In this document: positions 55,791 to 64,000 of the stretch, in pieces | How positions within the stretch are numbered: the stretch's first letter is position 1 | Layout of the letters: each line of letters opens with the position of its first letter | Assembly: GCA_028534125.1 (NCBI GenBank) | Contig: CM052816.1 | Location: 86,058,001 to 86,122,000 of the forward strand | Length of the DNA stretch: 64,000 nt | Direction: 5' to 3' | Source: Lama glama | Taxonomy: Eukaryota | Notes under the pieces: model-generated | What the model was told of the DNA's origin: nothing | What the model saw: the letters and a program-made list of their open reading frames with translations, nothing else | The model's database searches: none | Position numbers and translations under genes: made by a program

Positions 55791-57049
55791 TTTTCTTATA
55801 GAAGTTGGGACTTGTAGTACACTTTAAAAATATGGATATGAATTAATATGTGTTGGGGTAAGGAAGAAAAAGGGAACTTCAAGGAAGGAGATTGACTCAT
55901 GCAAATGAAAGCACTCAGGGACTCTTACAAACCAAGGAGACAGTAATTCCAGTACAGTGTGTAACTGAAGGGGAGAAGAAAATCAACTTGGAAAAGTGAT
56001 GTATCCCCGATTTGGATATACAAGAGAGCATTGCCAGAATTCTTCAATTTCACAAAATTGCTAATTAGTCACCAATGTGGTTTTGGGAGTAGGAAAGTGA
56101 AATCATAAGGTTTAAAGAGAGTTCTCCTGACATTTTAAGGAAAGTTTGTATATTCTTCAGTGTACAAAAATGAAGTAATATAGGACTTGAATAATTAGTG
56201 CCAACTGTTTCTTTAAGCAAGCAGCCACACCGTTCACCCTGAATCACAAGCCCCTTAATTCTGGGTTGTGACTTTGTGCTTAAGGGCAGACTGGTATGTT
56301 TCCTCCTGAACTGTGAAATTCTTCACTTTTATTGCTTCTCACTTGCACTTAAAACCCTGTAAATGTTGTATTATTACACTATTATGTAACACAATAGCTG
56401 TTATCTCTCACTTCTCTGTGCTGATCTATGCAAGGCACCTTCTGTCAAGTAAGGCAAGCCCTCTTGCCAGATGAGAGTGGTTCATCAGAACTGCTGAGCT
56501 TTTTCATAATCATCATCCTCTCAGTGTATTACTAAAGACCATTAGCAGCCTTTAATTTTTCAGGTTTGGTGCGGCATAACAACTCTAATTTATGTTTCAC
56601 TGCTTTTCTTTGTAAAGAAATCAATGGTTTTAAAACTAAACTACTCATGACAAACATGTTAGATTCATTAGCATCTGCCCTGGTTGTCTGTGTGGAGGTT
56701 ATTTTGCAAACTTGATTTGCATTTTTATCTGCAAGGAGCACAAGGTTTGAATTGCCTAAATGTTTACTTAATTATTGCTCCCATTCTCTTCCACACCCTT
56801 TCACCTCGAGCCCTCCACAAGCAGAAAGCAAGACTAATTAGTCTCTAATTGATATTTTTTCAATAGTGCAATAGAAACTCTCTCAATACAAAGAAAGTCA
56901 TTTCATTATACACTGCAGAGAACACTTCATCAGTCATAATGGCAAATATGGGAGTATTTGTTAGGTTTTCAAAATGATGTGTTTGAATTAAGAAGCACCT
57001 GGTTGTCTCTACTAAGTTTTACCTCTTAGATAGGAAGAGAGTATAACTA

Positions 57050-57385
57050 CTCATTTATTTTTTCACACATTTACTGGAAGGTTATTGTACTATCACTGAG
57101 CTAGGCCTCGTAGATACAAAATGAGTAAGATAAGATTTCTTTCAAGAAACCCATGGTCTATGAGGCAAACAGACTCAGAAAAAATTTAAGTGCATGGGAT
57201 GATATTTATACAGAGTATTGTGGAGTCACAGAAAAGGGCAGACTAATTCAGACTAAACAGGTCAGGGACAGATTCCTGGAGGAGATGACGCATGAGCCAA
57301 AGAGAATGCTGCAAATTAGCCATCAGCTTGAAGGGAAGATGGAACAAAAGGCGTTCCACTCAGAGAAGTAATCACTAGCAATGGT
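57050..57385 (-). mobile_element. L2 3' end
   Basis: tcatttattttttcacacatttactg...gatacaaaatgagtaaga...ttcctggaggagatgac. Confidence 0.7.
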
Positions 57386-57646
57386 GACACATACATCCCA
57401 AAGTTCTATCACTGAATATATTATATATTCATGAAATGTATCCGAGTCTTATAGTAATTTTTCGATATACCTTCAGCAAAAGAAAAAAAATTTCTGTATA
57501 ATTTCATATAAAATACATTTCTAGGTTAAGTAAAATTAAAAAGAACATATTTTGCCTTTTAACAAATAAGTCATATGAACTCCATTCTGTTACAAATAAC
57601 TTTCTGTGCCCCTTGAAGGTCAAATGACATCCACTCCCTAGCTCAC

Positions 57647-57779
57647 CTTGCACGTCCCGCGTATCTGTGGACTCAGGGGACTTTGACAGAACTGAGTAAA
57701 CAGAAGTGCACTGACTCTTCAGATGGTGATATTGGAGAGTAGAGGAAAACACACTTGAGGATTTGTGGGCGTTACAGAT
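57647..57779 (-). other. Candidate spliced exon (133 nt, no ATG)
   Basis: Minus strand ctaatcatttttgctcatttttcccgtctgtccag|atctg...gtgcaag|gtgagc: branch-point-like ctaat, polypyrimidine tract, near-consensus donor. Motif evidence only. Confidence 0.4.
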
Positions 57780-57939
57780 CTGGACAGACGGGAAAAATGA
57801 GCAAAAATGATTAGATTTGACATATGTGACAACTGGCAGCCAAAGTAGTTTCCTGAGGTGCATGTTTATCCCGATGAAACTTACTGGTTTTGGCCTTTCA
57901 GTGATGTATCACTTGTTTTCTACTTTTTTCAAATAGTAA

Positions 57940-58500
57940 GTGAAAGAATAAATACAGTTTTCAAATTCCTTGAAAGACACTAAGAAATATTATCGTCGCT
58001 CACCAGCCATGTACCGTCAAGAACACTTCCAAATTCGAGTTAGGCCCGTTGGGATTTCAGCAGCGAAAGAATATGAGAAGCAGGGCAGTGTTGGTGAGGG
58101 GAAGTTGCAAGGGGCTTTTTATAGGAATTGGGATTGAGGGAGATGATTCTAAAGGGGGGCTAAGGAAGCCAAAGATGCTTCTGGCAAGAGGCAAGAATAG
58201 TTAGGTTTTATCTAGAAGGCAAGAGGAAGCTGGACTAGTGTTGTCAGTGTGAGAAGTAGTCAGATGATGAAGACCACATGGTCTTTTTTTGAATTTGTAA
58301 TGTCTTAGTAGCTGTCTTATTTCAGAAATTGTCACAAAATGGTCACAGAGAGGCCTTGTTTGGTCTTTGAGTATATTTTGTAAGTGTTGTTTGTCATGGC
58401 CTAGCTGCCTGCAGATGATGGCCAGGGCTGGGTGGATCAGCTTCTGTTTTATTCTGTACGTAAAAATATACCTAATTCCATATATTTTCAGAGTTGTGCT
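57940..58500 (-). mobile_element. Putative 3' LTR of an ancient ERV1 (MER110/MER90-like)
   Basis: LTR-like sequence with minus-strand TATA (ctataaaaag, ~58115-58124) directly downstream of the env remnant. Confidence 0.55.
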
Positions 58501-58544
58501 GATGAAAAGTTGGACTAGAATAAGTACCTCATGTGTCTTTGACT

Positions 58545-59100
58545 GCAGGATATATTGTATAATCATCTTCTGTGACAACACCTGCCCAGTAGCATTTAAT
58601 TCTCTAGACAGAATGTATCGGCCAATTGCAATACAGGCAATTTTCAATTGCAAAGTAACTATGAGTCCTAAACTGGGAAAGAGGAGACATAGATTAGCAA
58701 ACACAGACTAGGAAAGCACATCTCAAAGAACAGATAGGCCTATTCTACAGCGTGAAGGGGTCATTTTCATTAAACTCTTCATTTATTGTTCTGTCTGATC
58801 AGTGTGTTCTGTTTATAGGTGCAACAGGAAGTGTTGGCTATAGCACAAGTTCCCCTTGACTAGTCAAAGGAAAATCAAGGCCCAAGCAATTGTCTAAGGC
58901 AACACTGGCTCTTAGATATAAACTATTCGCTTGAGCCTCCAGAGCAAACCAGGGTCATTTATGATTAAAAACAGATCAGAAACAAAAGTTAGAATGCTTT
59001 TTTAGTTGCATTGTCCTACAGTTGGATTGCAGCTCATGCAGCATACATGAAGAGAGAATAGATTATTCTTCTTCTTCAAGGGAGCTCACTTCAATAGCAC
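58545..59100 (-). pseudogene. env: ERV env TM-subunit remnant (gamma-type)
   Basis: FALEAQANSLYLRASVALDNCLGLDFPLTSQG/(frameshift)TCAIANTSCCTY at 58948-58815, then L*DVLS*, a hydrophobic segment and RYILSRELNA. Confidence 0.9.
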
Positions 59101-59469
59101 ATTTGCCTTATTTTAGAGTTCTCTGGATATTGTAGATTATGATACAGACAATGGATATTTTTTAGTAAAAGCAAGGCTATGCAAGGCTCCTTAATAATGG
59201 TCCCCAGTGAATTTGTATTCTTGACACTAGAAAGGTAATTTGGAATTCCCCAGTTGAGAAACAAATAAAATTAAGCATTTACTACTATTAAAACAGTAAC
59301 TCTCTGACAAGGAAAAGCCTCAGTTTATCCTGAAAATAAACTAGCAATGACCAGATCATATTTATAGTCCATTCCTAAGGACAACTTGTTTGGTTAATAG
59401 ATTTTTTTTGTAATGGTCACCAGCTAGGACATTCTGGGATTCTCAGCTGATGCTTTGACAATCCATTTT

Positions 59470-60200
59470 AATTGTGGCTACCTATACAACAGCAGGTCAT
59501 CTAAAACATATTTTAATTGGCTTCTCATATTTTCATGGGAGATCCTTTAGGGGTCAGGAATCCTCTTTTATTGAAGCGCTCAAAATAATTGAAGCTCTCC
59601 CCAAAAGCATACCCAGTATCTATATAAATGCTTGTGTTTTTTATCTTTTGTTAGCTGGAAAGCTTGGATAAAAATGAGCAGTTTAGTCATTAGAGTTGAT
59701 TTAACTTCTGAGAGATGTTGGTATTTTAATGATGAATTTATGTCTATGATATTTTATACCCATTGATTTTATACCCATTTGGTATGAATCATCAACACAC
59801 AACATTAAATCAGGGTTATTCAAAGGATTTTTTATAAGGTCTGCACTGGGCATAAATATTTCCATAATGGAGACATTGGGTTCAGGGTGTTACAGTGATG
59901 GATAGTGATATGAGAGGAAAGTGACAATGAGGACATTAGCAAATCTCCGGAGACTTTGATTTAGCCTGTGAAGTGTATTGTGGATGTCAATGATTGACAA
60001 GGGTATTTCTCAGTTGTTTTGTTGTTTTTAAAATGGATTTGTTGACAGTTATGCTATCAGTCCATTCATAAAACTTGAGTATGCTTCTTTTAACCTGAAA
60101 AGTATTCGGTCATTAGAACATACTCATATTAATATGTTTTAGTTATACATAATTAACCTAGAATGATTTCACTTCTCTTCTGGCATATTCATTTTTTTTA
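59470..60200 (-). pseudogene. pol: ERV pol remnant (tether and RNase H, weak RT traces)
   Basis: HITIHHCNTLNP (~59912-59877), PSADLIKNPLNNPDLMLCVDDSY (59850-59782), IYIDTGYAFG (59629-59600), KRGFLTPKGSPMK. Confidence 0.88.
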
Positions 60201-61497
60201 ACCTAGGTTTGGTAAACAAAGGAGCTTTCACAATAAATGAGAGATAATTAACATTTAAAGGATGTCAAACAAACTAAACTCTCCCATTTTTTTTTTTTGA
60301 GGTGAAGAAGCAAATCTTCACTTTAGCTGTGTCCATAGGATCTTAACAGTTTTATTTATCTTAACATTTTAACAGTTTTATTAATCTGAATTAAGGCTGA
60401 ATCTAGAAAAGGCAAAATAAAAGAGAATTTTCAGAAGGGATAAGATATGAACATAAATAATAAATATTTATATGTAAGAAATAGTTATAGGCAATATTTT
60501 TAAGCTCAGAAATAAACATCAATAATTATTAGAAATATTTTAATATTTTATTTCAAAAAATAATGAAGTTAGAAAAAAAGAATTAATTAACTTATGGCCA
60601 AAAGGCTCAAAGAAAGCAAAATTATGATTTCATCATTTTATGAAATATTGCCTTTTATTATATTTGTAAATTTCTAAATCTAGTTTAAGATATCCTGACA
60701 TATCTCATATAAATGAATGTAAGCTATATATTGTATTTGTTAATTAAATTATTGTCATATAGAATAATGTAATATAAAATACTATACTGTAAACTATTAT
60801 AAGTATACAAATAGATAATAACTTTACAGATTATTTAAAATAAAGCTACCATTATCAACCTATTAAATAAAACAATATAATATTAAATGTGACATCTTAA
60901 TAAACTGTAAAAGTTCTTTCAAAACTATACAAACCATACTTGTTATTATGAACATATTTTTATATGTTTTTAATGATTATACCCCATACAGCCTAAATCA
61001 TCTATATTAATTAACACCCTTGTAGAAAGTAACCAAAGTTGATTTTCTCCAGACACAGAGAAAACAAGACAGAAAACTATGAATGGTCTAGTTGTTTTTC
61101 CCTAAAAGCACTTGTCATATAACTTTTACAGGTTCCAAGGTGACAAAGTAAGTGTAACACCATCCAAAGGACTTAACACATTCTTTTAATTTTTAGCTAG
61201 TCTATAATTCCACAAATATAAGAGACAGGGTAATAAAAACTACATCTAGTGACCAGTGTCACTAGAAATTGTCCAGGTAGATTAAAGGTTGAAGAAAACT
61301 GAGTTACTCTAAGTGATATGAAAGGAAACAAGTGTGGAGGAGCAAACAGTGAAAAGAAAGCCTTGCAGCTCTTGTTGCATCAATGAGTCCAAGAAGGAGG
61401 AGATGTGCTAGATATTTAGGTGAGAAGTCACTTGTAATTAATGTAAGCCCCACACCTTTGCCATTTCTTTTAATCTAGAAATTGTATTTTATACCTT

Positions 61498-62298
61498 TGT
61501 TGAAAGAAAGAGATCTACTCAATACCTGAAAAAAAAAAGAAAGCTGAATTTATTATTTGCTAAGAAGGAGCTCCGTTGTACGGTACTGTGTGCTGACAAA
61601 TCAAATTGCTGGTGAGGTTTGGGGAGCATGGAATCAGAGACTGCTGCCCTTTCAGAAGTGGGTATGTTTAGTTTTAGCCTAGGAAGCATGTTTACTGGAG
61701 TTTGGAAATTGCTGATGGACTCTCAGATGCATGGTTACCAGAGTGAGGCTGTTGTCTACTAGATGAATTCTTGAAGGGCAAGGATATCCCTATTTCACTG
61801 GCTTTCAGAATCTGGTTACTAATGAAGGTTGATTTGATTGATAGATATTAGTGACTGGATTGTGTCTGCCCCCCACCCACAAATTCATATGTGGAAGCTT
61901 TAATTCTCAAAGTGATTGTATTTGGAGATAGGGCCTTTAAGGAGGTAATGAATGTTAAATGATGTCATGAAGATTGGGACCTAATCCAAAAAGACTGTTG
62001 TCCTTCTAAGAAGAGGAAGAGACACTAGGAGCGTGCATGCACAAAGAAAAGGCAATGTGAGGACATGGTTAGAAGGTGGCCATCTGCAAGCCGAAGAGAA
62101 AGATCTCACTGTGAAGTAACCCTGCTGATTTCTTGATCTTAGACATCCAGCCTACATAATAGTGAGAAAATTCATTTCTGTTATTTAAGCCTCCAAGTCT
62201 GTAGCAGTATTCTGTTATGGCAGTTCTAGCTGAGTAATATAGTGAGATTGGGCTTTAAACTGGCTTTTATGATTATTCATTACTATGTCCAAATAACA
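61498..62298 (-). mobile_element. Old LTR (LTR78-like, tentative) split by MLT1B
   Basis: tgttgaaagaaa...tttatt...gaggctgttg...tggctttcagaa; resumes after 62241 and ends ccaaataaca. Confidence 0.45.
61846..62241 (+). mobile_element. MLT1B-type LTR
   Basis: gtatttggagatagggcctttaaggaggtaat...tgtgaggacatgg...ggccatctgcaagcc...ttatggcagttctagctgagtaata. Confidence 0.88.
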
Positions 62299-62324
62299 CT
62301 CAGCCTTTTGTAAAAGAATAAGAT

Positions 62325-62963
62325 TGAAACTGAGCAAGTCACTATGGGGCCTTCCCAGGGACAGACCTTTGTGTCCCCTACCTCTTGTTTGTATAAAAGC
62401 TTTAGCTTCTTAGGCCTTCCCTTAGTTCTGAAGAGCAAATTTAATTAGAGAAGTGAGAAAATACAGAAACAAAAGAAAACAGTCAAGCAAGGCAAAATAA
62501 TAATTTAGCCAGAAAACAAAATCAGGTACCTTTAGTTCCTCCTCAGTGTCAAAGATAATATCTGAGCCCTACCCTTGAGTTGTTATGCAGACATTAAAAC
62601 CCTCACCAGGTGGAAGAAGTTAACTGCGTGCTCACCAACAGCATTTAGACCCCAGACTGGTTGGAAGCAGAAGGTTGATGACTGAGATTCTGGAAACAAC
62701 ACCCTGTTACCTCACCAGTGACCAATCAGAGAATTATGCACGAGCTGATCATACACCCTGTGACCCCCTCCCTCACATTGTCTTTAAAAACCCTTCCCTG
62801 AAAGCTATCAGGGAGTTCAGGTCTTCTGAGCACAAACTGCTGATTCTCCTTGCTTGAACCCATGTAGGGTGCCTCGCAATAAATGCTGCACTTTCCTTCA
62901 TAACTCGGTCAGTAGATTGGCTTTACTGGGAAAGCCAGCAGAATCAATTTTGGTTTGGCAATG
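62325..62963 (+). mobile_element. Cetartiodactyl ERV1 solo LTR (MER41-like, tentative)
   Basis: Starts tgaaactgagcaag; CCAAT (~62722), tttaaaaa (~62783), aataaa (~62878); near-TSD agat/ggat. Confidence 0.8.
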
Positions 62964-64000
62964 GGATTTTTTTTTTCCCCTTCTCAGTCATTCCTGTAGG
63001 AGAGGTCATCATCAATTGTTTAGATGTTCAACTGTATGTTGATTCTTCATGAAGACAGAATTGTGGAGGTCCTATGTGTAGCCTGAAGGTTGAATAATAT
63101 TATTTCATCTTGTTTTAATTTTTGCCTCATACATTGAATTATCTGCTGCCTAGAAATATATAAGATTCTGGACAACAGATAGGTGAGATAAATAAAAATA
63201 ACAGAAAGCATTCTAAGAAGGTACAGAACACACTCTGTAGTCATGACCTAGTATTGTCCAGACCTGACCAAGAAAATAAGTCTTAATGATTCTGAATCTA
63301 TTTTAGATAGGCAAGGTACCTTTCTTTTAGATAGTAGTGCCATTGCATCCTCCCCTCATAGAAAGCCCAAAAAACAAAATAAAACAAAATCCCAAAGCCT
63401 TTTTAATATTCTACAGCTAACTGCCTAAAATTGAAATCAGTTTGTGGTACACTAACAGCATTTGATATAAGTATGTAAATATAAACTAATAATGAGAAAA
63501 GGCATAATCAGAAGAGTAAAGGAACAATACATGAAAAGGAGATGAGAAAGTCAGTGGCCCCAGGCTTCTAGAATTTCCTTTTAATGGTCTTGGACAGATG
63601 CTGTTTACTTTGTGTAGCGGGCTAGTTGTTCTGAAGACTTTATAACTGCCTTCAACTTCTCATATTAAACAAGAAGTAACAAGACGATATCATTCAAAAT
63701 CACCTATGCAAACTTAGAAAAGATTAATATAATTATAATTTATAAACCAAAATGTCAGTTTAGTGATTTTAAATGACTTAACACACCTCAAATGCTGAAT
63801 TTTACCATTCATTGGTTCAAAGGACTCTGTCTGTCAGAAGATTATACTATAAATTAGGTTATTAGTCAGTAAGCCTAGAAGGAGATATTTCAAGGGATTT
63901 TTTTTCCATGAAAATATTGAAGAGGAATAAATAATACTATTCTACTTTAATCATATTTTTCTTTAGATAGACAAATTTTATTCTGAAAAATCAGAGCACT

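Noticed and set aside
58201..58711. 167-aa ORF as an intact syncytin-like gene
   Set aside because: It covers only the TM tail reading into the LTR; upstream env has stops and frameshifts, and SU is largely missing.
1..64000. CRISPR array, operon or other prokaryote-type system
   Set aside because: The sequence is mammalian repeat-rich DNA; I saw no regularly spaced repeats or gene-dense structure.

Overview
This is AT-rich, CpG-poor eutherian genomic DNA, either a gene desert or the interior of a very large intron. It is probably camelid, judged from a Vic-1-like tRNA-derived SINE and the young L1 3' UTRs; those family calls are from memory and were not searched. I found no intact protein-coding gene, rRNA, tRNA or CRISPR array. 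The long ORFs I could assign are L1 ORF2 fragments, their antisense, or ERV remnants, and the rest look like chance ORFs. The window is a layered transposon record: old L1M, L2, MIR, L3, Charlie1 and MaLR/ERVL LTRs, plus younger L1s, a SINE and ERV1 solo LTRs. The best-supported structures are (1) a 5'-inverted (twin-primed) L1 with TSDs, (2) a decayed minus-strand class I ERV with readable RNase H and env TM (immunosuppressive domain plus CX6CC) remnants, (3) a decayed ERVL provirus with gag/pro/pol remnants, two LTRs and nested MaLR insertions, and (4) a SINE lacking its B box. A few unique stretches carry strong splice signals and may be unannotated exons. I see no convincing evidence of a novel biological system. 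Boundaries of old repeats are approximate and subfamily names are tentative.
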